DNA from: Chiloscyllium plagiosum
Taxonomy: Eukaryota
NCBI RefSeq assembly: GCF_004010195.1
Contig: NC_057750.1
Location: 14,177,221-14,241,220, forward strand
Direction of reading: 5' to 3'
Length of the DNA stretch: 64,000 nucleotides
Notes under the pieces: generated by a model
What the model was told of the DNA's origin: nothing
What the model saw: the letters and a program-made list of their open reading frames with translations, nothing else
The model's database searches: none
Position numbers and translations under genes: made by a program
Shown here: positions 52,262 to 64,000 of the stretch, one piece after another
Layout of the letters: every line of letters begins with the position of its first letter
How positions within the stretch are numbered: position 1 is the stretch's first letter

Positions 52262-52828
52262 GTTACATGATAGAACGTTCATGAAGTCCCTTACAAAACG
52301 TCACAGTGGAAACAAGCAGTCAACTATTACCTCAAGCATTGTCCCACAGTTCTTTATGGGCTTTCCAAGAGTGAGTTCCTGTGATACATTGATCTAAGTG
52401 GCTATTTTTAGATGTTAGTAACTAAACTGTGTATGCTGAATTGTTGATTGATATGAGTTCTTTTTGGTTGTTCAAACAATACCAAAGCCCATTCTTCTCT
52501 CTTCGGTTAGCTTTGTGTCGATTAATATAGCTTTGGGTGCAGTTGCTTTATGAATACAGACAAAAATAACACTGAGAAATCAGCTGGCTAGAGGACAATG
52601 TCTGTGGTCCAGCATGTACGTGCTGATTTCTCCAGACAGCTTAGAGTATTTATTGTCAACATTGATTTTCTTTTAAAGTCCAATCTTTAAATTACAGTAG
52701 CTTTTACCGGCAGTCACATTAACAAAAAGTGTTTTGTTACAGATTTAGTTATTTTTTACTGGTATGTTAGTTTGGAATGCCAAGTTTTGATTAATGAATG
52801 TAATTATTTTTGTCCTCTTTACGTGTAG

Positions 52829-52975
<147 letters not shown>

Positions 52976-53239
52976 TGATCTTGTTTTAAAAAAAATTTGG
53001 TAACAAACTTGGTGAAATGTATTGCTAATAATTGACAGGAAGAAAAGTTTATGGAGTGTCTACCTGTTGCAGTGTAATTTCTCAACCAACATAAACATTT
53101 TACTTGTCAAAATGTCATCAAGACTGCAATGTTGAGCAACCATTGTATGTTTACTATTAATTAAACTTCTGCCAGGGAAAATTGACCAGTCTATTGTCTC
53201 ACTCATAAATTAGTAGGAAATAGAAAATGTACAAAGAGG

Positions 53240-53558
53240 GCTGGTATGATGGCTCACTGGTTAGCACTGCTGCCTCACAGCACCAGGGTCCCAGGTTTGA
53301 TTCCAGCCTTGGGCAGACTATCTGTGTGGAGTTTCACATTCTCCCTGTGTCTGCATGGGTTTCCTCCGGGTGCTCCAGTTTCATCCCACAGTCCAAAGAT
53401 GTGCAGGTCCAGGTGGATTGGCCATGCTAAATTGCCCGTAGTGTTAGGTGCATTAGTCAGAGGGAAATGGGTCTGGGTGGGTTACTCTTTGGAGGGTCAA
53501 TGTGGACTGGTTGGGCCGAAGGGCCTGTTTCCACACTGTAGGGAATCTAATCTAATCT
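53240..53558 (+). mobile_element. V-SINE (HE1-like)
   Basis: Head, V-domain, AATCTAATCTAATC tail. Confidence 0.9.
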
Positions 53559-54699
53559 GCTCGGAGTTTTATTTTATCCATAGAGTTATTTTGAATAGAA
53601 TTTAGGGGATCAGTGAATTAATTTCTGTACAATTATTTATTCTATGTTCATATAATGGGAAAAGGTTATAGTGGGATGTCTAGTTTGATTATCCTTTTGA
53701 TGATCTCCTGAGATACTGAGTGGAGAAATTAGGGACCTCTCCTATAAGATCCTACAAGCAGTTTAATGTGATATGTTCTATGGTCTAGGATGCAAACTAC
53801 AATTACAGTTTGGGACACTGTTCATTGTCCACTGTGGAGCAGCGTGTACTGTTTACAGTGTGCTCTTTGAGTTGATTCCAGCCCATAGATGGTTCTCCAT
53901 AGGTGATTCATTCAATGAGAACTTGTTAACTAATGTCATTGAGAAGACTGAATGCCCAAAAATGGCCTCGTAATCTGAGGAAATATAAATGTCATTGGGT
54001 CCTTTACAGGTAGGGTCAAAGTAAACTTCCCATAGTCCCAGAGAACCATAGGACTGCTGTCTCATTAGAGAGAGGTCACTGATAGTGAGTTTAGTCAGAT
54101 GGCCACCACGCCTAAGGCGAGGGTAAGATTGAGAAGGCAGGACTTCCATGGTAACCTCAGCTGGTACAGGAAATGATCTCGCAGAATAAAAGAATTGTGA
54201 TAACATTTAAGAGAAAAGCATAAATTAGGAATGAAATTTCATAGACGACATTTTCATTGTAGCTGCGGCAATAGATTTGAAGGAAGAATTCTCCCTTAAA
54301 AGTTCTTAAGTATACAATCTTTTGTCTGTCAATATCTAGAAAGGAACAGTATTTGTATTCTTTCCAAGCTTTAATCACATTACCCTTCCTACATTTAAGT
54401 TTGTTTTCTCAACCAGCAGTGCAAACCCCAAAATGGAAAAATCCTGCTCTGCAAAAAAAAACCCAGATTTTTAGGTGCTGTGGTTTCTATTAGGATCCAA
54501 AGTGGTGCACTGGAGGATGCGGCTGTTGGTAGTATGCAGATTGTGATGTCAATGACCGTGTAATCCTGATTAATGCCAGCACTGCCATTTTGAAGCCCAG
54601 TAATGCAGCTGAGGCTGATACCTAAATATGCACAGGTGTCAGGGAGGAGGACAAATGCTGGAAGAGGGGTATGAAGTCAACTATCAGGAAGGCTAAAAT

Positions 54700-54960
54700 G
54701 GTTCGGATGCAATTCCCCTCCATCCTCCTCAGTGTTTTCTGCTTCACCTAAGAGATCCTCATTAATCTATTCCACCTTCTGCAACTTCACAATTGCAATT
54801 TCAGATCAGGGTGACGACAGCATTACCATTGGCTTTGAGGGTGCCTGTGAATTTCTGACTCATTCCAGGCTGAAACAGTCGATATTTGCAGCAGTTTCCA
54901 GGTATTATTCATTGTTGCCATAAAAGAGGTCACAGAGACTCTATTCTGAGATAGCTGAAT
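54700..54960 (+). mobile_element. PIF/Harbinger transposase remnant
   Basis: Frame-broken peptides TALPLALRV, SFQAxxVDIC, IKEVTETL match the N-terminal part of HARBI1-type transposases. Confidence 0.55.
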
Positions 54961-55084
54961 ATGTTTCCAGTTTGTTGCCGGAGAGAAGGGTTCCTGTAGA
55001 CCTTTGCAGCTGTTGTTAAATGAATGCTGATGGTTGCTGCCGCTTCGTGCATAGCTTGCACACAGGCGTAAGGAGTTATGTCTT

Positions 55085-55208
55085 CAAAAGCTAACTGTTT
55101 GTGTTGCAGTGGTAGTGTCTGTACCCCTGGATTGGCAGGTCCAAGTTAAAGTCCCACCTGCTCCAGAGGTGTGTAATAACATCTCTGAACAGGTTGATTA
55201 GGAAAATA
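55085..55208 (+). mobile_element. Short tRNA-derived SINE
   Basis: tRNA-like head; reverse-orientation relative at about 21372-21480. Confidence 0.55.
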
Positions 55209-56279
55209 GGTTACATTTTTTAAAAAGCTGACAATTTCTAATTATTTGGCACCCTCTTATTTGTTGCTTGTTTTGCCTGCTCGATTCCATAGGAAGCCAG
55301 ATGCTGAACCCACAAATTCCACATTTACTAATAGTCTCACAACATACATTCCTTCTGTTACTAGCATCTTGGTTGCAACACAAAAATAAACGTAACCACA
55401 AAACACTTATTCTGAACTAAACTTATGATTGCACCATGCTGTATTGTATACAAGTCAACAATATTTGCATTTCCTTGTGCCTGTCTTCCATCAGTCTTTA
55501 CTAGTCCTATTGCCCCACCACAGTGTCACTTCAGTGGTTACAGCACAGCTTGTGAAGGCTGCTTACAGAGACTGCAGGTGATATTTTAAGGTAACCTTGT
55601 AGCTGTGACCCTCAAAGTTGAGTTTCAGGCTGCACAAGCATGGACAGTCGAGTTGGTTGTCTGACAGACCGTGATTTTTGAGTAGTCTTGAAGGGTTAGT
55701 CCTATTTTCCTTGGAATGCAAATTCCTGCTGCACTGTACCACTGCTGTTTCCCCAAGGTGGAACCTGAGCAATCCTAACAGGATGTTGGAGGGTAGTTTG
55801 TTGAACTCCTGTTGAACTCCTGTAACATCTTACGTTGTTTTTGAACCCTGTATCTGTAGATATGATGGCAGCAATCTGAGTCTGCATGACCAGAAATTGA
55901 GCTTGAGAGAGAACAGTCAGAGCTGATGTGTTAGCAACCTGAGCTGGCATTATTGAAATCTAAGCTTTAATTTGGCGTGCTGCATTATGAATGGATCTAT
56001 TGGTGATATCCCGAAGGTAGCCACTGGTTGATTCCTCTAAAAGAATGGCTTCAAGCGCTCCCCAAATCCCAATGTATTCTGACGAACCTCAGACATCAAC
56101 CAGTTTGTGAGTGTGAGGGCAAGTGACAGTGTAACCTGTGCATCAGTGTCTTCCTGCTCTTCCATTGCTTTCATGTCCTCTATTGTGCAGCCAGATCAAA
56201 GCTGTTGAGTATCTGAAAGGAGAAAGCTAAGGATGTGGTGAAATGATGTGAGGAACGCACTGGATCCCACCCCCCTGCT

Positions 56280-56500
56280 ACACTAGTTTAAACCATCCTG
56301 AGTGGCACTAGTAAACCTCCCTACCTGGCTATTGTTGCCCCTCCAATATGGGTGCAGCCCATCCTTATACAGGTCCCAGTTGCCTTGGAGGAGATCCCAA
56401 CGATCCAGATATCTGAAGCCATCCTTCCTACATCTGCTATTTAGCCATTCATTTAATTGTATTACCTTTCTACTCCTAGCCTTACGATCAAGTGGCACAG
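56280..56500 (-). mobile_element. CR1 ORF1 (SGNH esterase) C-terminal fragment
   Basis: QLNEWLNSRCRKDGFRYLDRWD..WDLYKDGLH..DGLN*. Confidence 0.85.
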
Positions 56501-57100
56501 GTCAGAGCACTGAATACAGGAGTTGGGATGTTGTTTTGTAGCTTTACAAGACATTAGTGAGGCCACTTTTAGAATATTGCATACAATTCTGGCCTTCCTG
56601 CTCCAGAAGAAATATTGTTAAATTAGAAAGGGTGCAGAAAAAAATTTACAAGGACCTTGCTGGAATTGTAGTGTTTGAGTTGGAAGGAGAGGTTGGATAG
56701 GCTGGGACATTTTACCCTGGACGGCTGAAGACTGAGGAGTGTCCTTGTAGAAGTTTATAAAATCATGAGTGGCATGGATAGAGTGAATAACCAAGTTATT
56801 TTTCAAAGGGTAGGGGAGTCTAAAACCAGAGGGTGTAGGTTTAAGGTGAGATGGGAAAGATTTAAAAGGGACCTGAGGGGCAACTTTTTCACATAGAAGA
56901 TGGTGCTTGTATAGATTGAGTTCCCAGGGGAAGTGGTAGACATGGGTACAATTACAATATTTAAAAGACATTTGGACAGATACATGAATAGGAAAGGTTT
57001 AGAGGGATATGGACCAAATGGGACTACTTCAGTTTGGGAAATTTGGTTGGCTTGGATGAGTTGGATTGAAGGGTCTGTTTCTGTGCTGTATGACGCTCTA
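56500..57100 (+). mobile_element. CR1 3' fragment
   Basis: LYKTLVRPLLEYCIQFW, FKRHLDRYMNRKGLEGYGP, tail. Confidence 0.9.
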
Positions 57101-58244
57101 ACAGAAGAGTTAAAAGCTAACATCACTTTCAATTCAGAAGAGACCTGAAAATGGCTGGGAAGGGGAACCTGTGAGTATACTGTCATCTTTGCTTTCAAAG
57201 AAACCCTGCTATGTGCTACATTCTCAATTATGCTGCACCAGTGATTGAGAGCACTGTTCTTTCATGAGCAAAAGTAGTTAGGCCCATCCTTCAATGTGAT
57301 GTGAAACATTGTGCTGCATGAGAAAGGTGCTCACTAGTAGATTTGAGAGTGATGTTTTCAGCAGTGGTAACTGTTTGTTTGAAGGTGAGGTGAGGCTATG
57401 GATGTTAAGAATGAGTCCTGTAGTACAGATTGTTCATAAATGTGTGATAGGGGTTGATTGCTGACACAATTATCTGGTTCCATTGCCTTCTAACAGTTTC
57501 ATTGGAAGGTTGATCAGACTCCTTGTGGATTGTTCGCAGCTATTGTCCACTTCTAGACATTGTACATAGACATCAGCATTAGAAAATCTTTGAGCCCCCC
57601 TCTGTGCCTTGCAGTGTCGTTCCTATGTTTTTCCCAGGCTAAACTCACTTTAACAATGACTCCCAGGACCCACTGGAAATTGCACCTTCCACTTTTGAGT
57701 GCAGGCTGACTACACATTTGAGTTCCTTACCTGAGTGTGAAGCCTCAGCAGACAGAGCAGCGCACTGACTGTTGGCTGATCAGAAGCTACAGCAACAGAT
57801 GAGTTGTACATTGTGATTACCTTCCTGTTTGGAGGATTATGTAGTATTGCTGCTTGCACTCAGCCACTGCTTCTCTGCTCCCTAAATTGTTGTAAAGTTT
57901 GCTGTTGAACTCTAAATTGTGATATCAAATCAAAATCTTGCTCAAACATAGCATTGAATTGATTACTTTAGAACAGAAACTCAATTATGTTTGTCTTCAA
58001 CCAATTATCTCTTTGCCTTGAATCCTCTGAGGGAAAGATTGACTCCTCTTTTCATGTGTTGCTGTGTGGGTACGTGTGTTTCTATGAACCTATTTTCCTT
58101 TTGTGCAACTAAAGTTCCAACTAAAATTTTATTTATTGAATTTATGATTAAAAATCTTGTTATGAGAGTGCATATAATTTTAAGACTCTTAATTTTTCAG
58201 TGTTTCCATGATGGTGACGATTCTTATCATTTTTTTCTTTGCAG

Positions 58245-58323
58245 TATTTAAGTTGTTTGACCACCTCAAGGTCTTTGACAGACAAATTATCCTTTGATGT
58301 TGGGCTTCAAGAAGATGCTTCAG
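58245..58323 (+). CDS. RYR1: Ryanodine receptor exon (RYR1 exon 5), [26 protein letters not shown](G)
   Basis: 79 bp, phase 0/1; ttctttgcag| and CAG|gtaaat; [10 protein letters not shown] and QEDA are RYR1-type. Confidence 0.95.
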
Positions 58324-59734
58324 GTAAATTGGAAGAACAATATACTTGAACTCATTGGCTGCACCTGTTACATATTGTAAGAGGTAGAATTTCTGTGGGG
58401 AAGCTGATTCTTGTCTCCCACCATAACTTTAAGCAGCAGATCAGTTGGAACACTGAAGAAATGACATAGATAGCTATTTACTCTTGTGTCTCCAATGAGT
58501 CAGTAATCTTTTACCCATGTTACAGTGAGAAACAGTGAGACAAGTAATAAATTTTATTTGTAGAGGTATTTATTTGCAAAGAAGTAAGGGAAAAAGGATG
58601 AAGGTCTGAATTAGATCAAATACTTGGAAAAAACATGCTAGTAACTTGACTTTCTAACAAAAAAAATTAATTGACATAATTTACAGATGATTTGTGATAG
58701 ATCAAAGTTTCACATTTGAAGTCACTAATCTTGTATTTGTAGTGTGGTCTGCATACCTTTGTATATAATAGGCGGGAAGTTGAGGCTTTTGATGACAAAA
58801 TATTAGAATTTGCTGTAATTATCCCTCTGAATATGACCACTGCTTTGAGACTTAGCCTAAATACAGATTAATACAGGAATCATGAAGTCAGAGTCCATGA
58901 TTAATTGTTCCATCACAGCCTGCATCATAGAGCTCACCTTTCCAGAGATGGCAGTCAACCAAGTCAATTGATTTGGCTAGAACATGCCTTTTTTTACTCT
59001 TATATTACTGTTAGAAAATCCATAACAATTCTGCATAGAGATCTAAAAATAGAAGCAGGAGTAAGCCATTCAGCTTGCTGCACTATTCAATTATGGCTGA
59101 TCCTGTGACCCCTGGTTCTAGTCTACCTGGTTATCAGGAATATCCTTCCTGCAATTATGCTATGTAGTCCTGTGAAAATAGTCTTGGTCAATGTTGTGTA
59201 ACTTTTTAATGGCAATCTGAGTATAACTGCTGCTGAATAAATGATCTGACATTGGAAAGTTTGTATTTTTGGTATGTTGTTACCTATCTGTTTTATGACT
59301 AATTAGACTTTTAGAACATCATTTGGCAATTATTTACATTTGCTCATGATAATTCAGCTTCTTACCCTAAACACATTTCTATATCCCAGTGTTAACTTTG
59401 CTATCTGAAAATGTTTCTAAAAAGTGATTCAATTAATAGTGTTTTTGATTTCTTGCTTGGATGACAGTGAGAATTCTTTAAAGTGATGGGCTGCTTGGAT
59501 AGTTTAATCTCATCAATACAGATAGCTCCATGCTGGGAATCATCCTCATTAAACCACACTATTTTAAATTACATATAAGGAGAGTCCTTGCAGGACTTTA
59601 TCTTATAGTATGAGTGAGCTTCCTTAATTCGCCATTGACCACACAGTCCAGGCCAAGGTATATGTGTGTATGTGATAATGTCTGTACATTATAATGAGGG
59701 CATTAATAAAGTGAATATCAAATTAAACTAATCT

Positions 59735-60675
59735 TGTTATCCCAGAGGAAGAATTGATATGGGTGAGAGAGGAAGTGTGTGAAGATTTGTGCTTTTGTTC
59801 AAATCTTTATTTTGAAAGAGAATGGAAGTTGTGAAGACCAACATATAAATCTATATTTCCATTTTGTGTTAAGGGGAGGATATAGAATTCAGTTAAATTT
59901 TAGATTTATTCTGAGAATGGTAATAGAGTTTCTGGAGATTTGTGTCAACGTGGATTTAAGTGCGCTCTTTAAACCCTTGAAGTGAATAACTTAGTGTATC
60001 AGAAATAAAACTGATGTTGGCTAGGAATCCAGTAACATACAAAGTCAGAAGAGTTGAGGAGTTGAGGAGCAGATGGACTCATTCAGAAAGAAAAAGTCCT
60101 TAACAACAGACGTGCTGTTCTTAACAATATCCTAGCAGTCTGCTCTGAAAAAAAGCCCTGAGTTGCTTAGAAGCAGAAGGCCTTTGAGTTGTCAGAGAGG
60201 AAGACATCCTACAAGTGTTTTGAATATAAGTTTAAGGAACTATGTTTAGTGTTAAATGACTAAGTTAACAGCTTGTTTAAGAGTCTCGTGAAGAGGAATA
60301 ACCTAAATAAAATAGCATTGGGTGAATGCAGAAATTTGCTAAAAATGAACAATTGCAGACATGATATGAGGAGAGGGCTTTAGTGTGGAGACCAGCGTGA
60401 CCCTTCACTGAAGTTTGAATGTTTAAGGCATTGTCTTTTTTCTTTGTTATTTATTAAGAGACCAGTTCCAAACATTCTTATCTAATGTAACAGAGTTTGT
60501 TTGGTGTACTAAACTTTTTTGTTCATTTATTATAAGTATGTTGACAGTCTCTTGTGAATGTGTTCAGTAATTGACTGAAAAATTGGAAGACAAAAACAAA
60601 ACTTATGGTCTACCAAGCCAGGCCCCACTCTGGGATCTGACTTGTCCAATATTGCCATCAACTGCAATCATAAGA
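59735..60675 (+). mobile_element. Possible old solo LTR
   Basis: Starts TGTTAT, ends ATCATAAGA (imperfect inverted terminus); otherwise weak. Confidence 0.35.
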
Positions 60676-60776
60676 GCGCTCTTCATTCATTGATAAATTT
60701 TAAAGAAATAGGACGAAGTTCTAAAAATACAAGAGAATTCTCACTACGAAGCTAATTACTGATGTGATACATGCAG

Positions 60777-60889
60777 GCGAGGCTTGCTGGTGGACCATTC
60801 ATCCAGCCTCCAAACAGAGGTCTGAGGGTGAGAAAGTACGTGTGGGTGATGATCTCATCCTCGTTAGTGTTTCCTCTGAAAGATATCTG
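60777..60889 (+). CDS. RYR1: Ryanodine receptor exon (RYR1 exon 6), (G)[37 protein letters not shown]
   Basis: 113 bp, phase 1/0; atgcag| and CTG|gtaagt; near-invariant RyR peptide visible in ORF 60764..61015. Confidence 0.96.
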
Positions 60890-62591
60890 GTAAGTGTATG
60901 CTATTTTATACTGTTTCGAATTCAGCGTAAAATAAACTTCAGTGGCAACTGTAGCTGCAATAAAATCGTATGTGTCCTGATTATTGTTGTGATCCCAGAC
61001 CTGACTGCAAAATGATCTGACCAGGGAGGAGTAACATTTTTTTAAAGTTGACAACGTTTGAGATTTTAACTGTTTACTAAGCGAATAAAGCCATTTCATG
61101 GTTTTTAACGAACAACCATAAGCTTTACTAGACTTCACAAAGTTAAAATAGTAATGCAATCTATATCTATAGTTTATTTTAAATCTAGAATTAACTTGAA
61201 GTAAATGTGAAAATCAAAGGAAATATGGCTATAGTGCCGCAAATAGCAAATATGATGAGCAGAAGACATTGACATTTTTGTCATCCTTCCCTCACAACCA
61301 ACCACACCCCAAAAAAACAACAAAAAGAGAAAAGTAATTTGTGTTACCATGGTCGTCAAGTCTTATTAAACCTTCACAAGGGGTTCCAGTTCTTCATTTT
61401 TGACAATCTAGCCTTGAAGCTCCCTCAGGAACCTGTCTAAACTGGATTACTTCAACAAATGCTCCTGTCTGACATTTCACTTTCCTTTCGGGCATTTACA
61501 TTGGCCTGGGCTCCAGAAACTGCATTCCAGTACTTACTGACAGATACAACTCATGTTTGCCAAACCATTATAAGCCCCTGCTTGTTTTTCCTGAGCTCCA
61601 GTCTTCACCAATTGGCTCCTAGGAATTTTTTGCAAGTATTAACTGCACAAACTATTCAACTATTCTTGGAAGTTCTCCCTGTGACCCAAGTACGCAGAAC
61701 CAGGGTTTTTCTGTTGCTTTCTTAGTAGCTCAGCGAATTAGCTACACTGATTAACATGGAGCCTGTTTCTGTCACTCTTCCTCTCACATGCTATCTGCAT
61801 GTGACCATTGAAATTCTCTTCAGCGATCTTGGAACTGTTTTGAGTGATCAATTGAAAATGTCAGAATAAGCCGTATTGCTATTTCTAGGCTGCTTTGAAA
61901 GTAGCCATTTATCAGTCATCGGAGCATCCAGTTCTCCATTGTTACAATATTCAGAAATTGCTTACTTCCAAAATACAACTGGATACAAAAAAGAATGAAT
62001 TTCATCACAGTGTGAAGTGATAACATATGTTGGACATTTTTGTTATATGTTTTTGTGAAAAACATTTAGAGGAAATGAACTAGTAAAATATTGCGTACAT
62101 TTTCAGCAATGTTCGGAGCAATTATTCAAAAGATAATTAAAAAAGAAATTGCATTATTCATTAAGATCTGCTCGCTGGTAGAAATAGAAGGCCAGAATAG
62201 AAAGGGAAGAACATTTTCTTATAACTGTAATAGGTCCTGTTCAGACATTGTATGAGGTATGTTTAGGTCCCAAGGTTTCCAAGAGTTATGAGGAGAGATT
62301 AATATGAAGATTATTTCCTCCATCCTCAAAGCCTTGCAGCTGTGATTGCCAGAGTACTGCAGCCAGGTTCTACAACAATAATCTGGCAACATTTTTCATA
62401 TTTGTAAACTTATATTATTCCTCAAAGTATGCCTCCCCTTGGACATCTCTGGATTTTCCTTCAAGGGCAGTGTCAAACTCTACTGGTAAGGCCCTCTTAC
62501 CATTGCCATATTTGTCACAAGACTTCCCAACTTTTGAACCTTTCCCATTTGTCTCCTTAACTGCTTGTTGTAACTGCATATTAACTTTCTG

Positions 62592-62678
62592 AAGAAGGGC
62601 TTATGCCCGAAACGTTGATTCTCCTGTTCCTTGGATGCTGCCTGACCTGCTGCGCTTTTCCAGCAAAACATTTTCAGC
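62592..62678 (+). mobile_element. 87-bp Penelope-terminal mini-insertion with 13-bp TSD and hammerhead-like core
   Basis: TATTAACTTTCTG at 62579-62591 and 62679-62691; body near-identical to right arm at 28319-28405. Confidence 0.88.
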
Positions 62679-62729
62679 TATTAACTTTCTGTGGTGCATA
62701 CATTTTGCTTGACCTGCCTGAATCAGAGA

Positions 62730-62990
62730 AGGTTTTACAGAGTGACTTAGAGTGACAGAGTGACTTAGTTTTACAGAGTGACTTAGAGTCATACAGTAAT
62801 ATAGCATGGAATCAGACCCTTCAGCCAAAACTGATCCATGCTGACCATGGTGCCCACTTGTCAAGTTCCAATTGTCTGCATTTGGTCCATATCCTTCTAA
62901 ACCCTTCCCATCCATGTACCTATCCAAATATTTTTTAAATATTGCTTTTATACCTACCTCAACCACTTTCTCTGGTAGCTCATTCCATGT
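62730..62990 (-). mobile_element. CR1 3' fragment with short tandem tail
   Basis: FKKYLDRYMDGKGLEGYGP; ACAGAGTGACTTAG repeats at 62735-62790. Confidence 0.85.
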
Positions 62991-63189
62991 ACGTACAGCT
63001 AGTGCTGGAGTCTAGGACAAAGGGACGTGTAAAAGTCAAGGATGCAGAAGAATATGGAATGAAAGCAGGTGGGTGAACAGCCATAGGCTTATTGGAGCTT
63101 GAAAAACTGAATGGCATACTCCAGATTCACTGCTGCTTTGGTCATGTTGGCATCACAGACTAACATCTGTATTCTGTCAGCATTCATTA

Positions 63190-63460
63190 ATTGTGAATGT
63201 GTTTAACAATGAGATAATGACCAGACCTTTTTTGTGCTGTTGATTGAGAGATAGATTTTGGCCAGGACACCAGGGACATCAACCTGAATAGGCAGAGTGT
63301 TGATTTGACATCCTATTGAAGGACGGCACATCCAACAGTGTAGTACTCCCTCAGTACTATATTAGGCTATAAGTCTTGGGTTTGTTGTGCTCAAGTCTTT
63401 GGAGTGGAATGCAAACCTGGGTTCTTGTGGTTCAGACTCGAGATCACGGTTCACTGCTGA
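63190..63460 (-). mobile_element. Deu-domain SINE, diverged
   Basis: GACGGCACATCCAACAGTGTAGTACTCCCTCAGTACT is the reverse complement of the Deu core. Confidence 0.7.
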
Positions 63461-63939
63461 TGCTTCTCTGACTGGGGCCTTTGCACTACTTGTGGTTACT
63501 CTTGGGGATTTTAATTTTTACTTCTTGCCCATAGCAGCCTGCCAGAAAATTAAACTCAATGAATATTAGATGGATTAACATTTACCGATGGGTGAGCCTC
63601 CTCTTAAATATTGTTAATACGGTACTTTGTTAGTAGCAGCAACCCAAAATCTAACGACGTCTCAAACAACAACACAAAATAAAATCTGATCATCATCATA
63701 TTGTCAACCAATTCATAATGAAAAATGTTGGCAGAGTATAGGAGCTTGTCTGTAATGCAGACAAAAAAAAACAGAAGAGGATCAGCCTTTTGAGCTTTAG
63801 TAAGAATATGGTTGATCGTCCATTCTCATTGGTTCCATTTTTTTGTAACACATGTGACTGACAAATGTCTATTGATCTTGGATTTAAAATTATTGTTTGA
63901 GCTGCCATCTACTTTTTAAACAAGTGTTCCATGTATTAC

Positions 63940-64000
63940 AGAGTTACAGTCACAGATGTGTACAGCATGGAAACAGACCCTTCAGTCCAACCCGTCCATG
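63940..64000 (-). mobile_element. CR1 3' tail, runs off window
   Basis: Reverse complement of tail at 17355-17405. Confidence 0.85.

Noticed and set aside
45469..52828. 15-nt KFMMK microexon (RYR2 exon 5 equivalent)
   Set aside because: No in-frame AG/GT-bounded match found by eye; nearby candidates were 11, 17, 19 or 32 nt.

Overview
Vertebrate genomic DNA. The repeat content (V-domain tRNA SINEs of the HE1 type, CR1 LINEs, Deu-domain SINEs, Penelope-like ends) points to a cartilaginous fish, probably a shark. The window lies inside the 5' part of a ryanodine receptor gene on the + strand, most likely RYR1. Five canonical coding exons are visible (120, 105, 75, 79 and 113 bp, the sizes of human RYR1 exons 2-6), plus a candidate in-frame 21-nt microexon (PLDLDKW) resembling RYR2 exon 4. 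Exon 1 was not found and is presumably upstream. Introns are packed with transposons: an end-to-end but internally deleted L1 with a 14-bp TSD, many CR1 pieces, SINEs, a Harbinger remnant, probable solo LTRs and a 2.3-kb 31-bp minisatellite inside a possible composite insertion. Most notable are several very small, TSD-flanked, often palindromic Penelope-derived insertions carrying minimal hammerhead-ribozyme cores. There is a 196-N assembly gap at 17064-17259. Family names come from recalled consensus motifs, not database searches; boundaries of old repeats are approximate.
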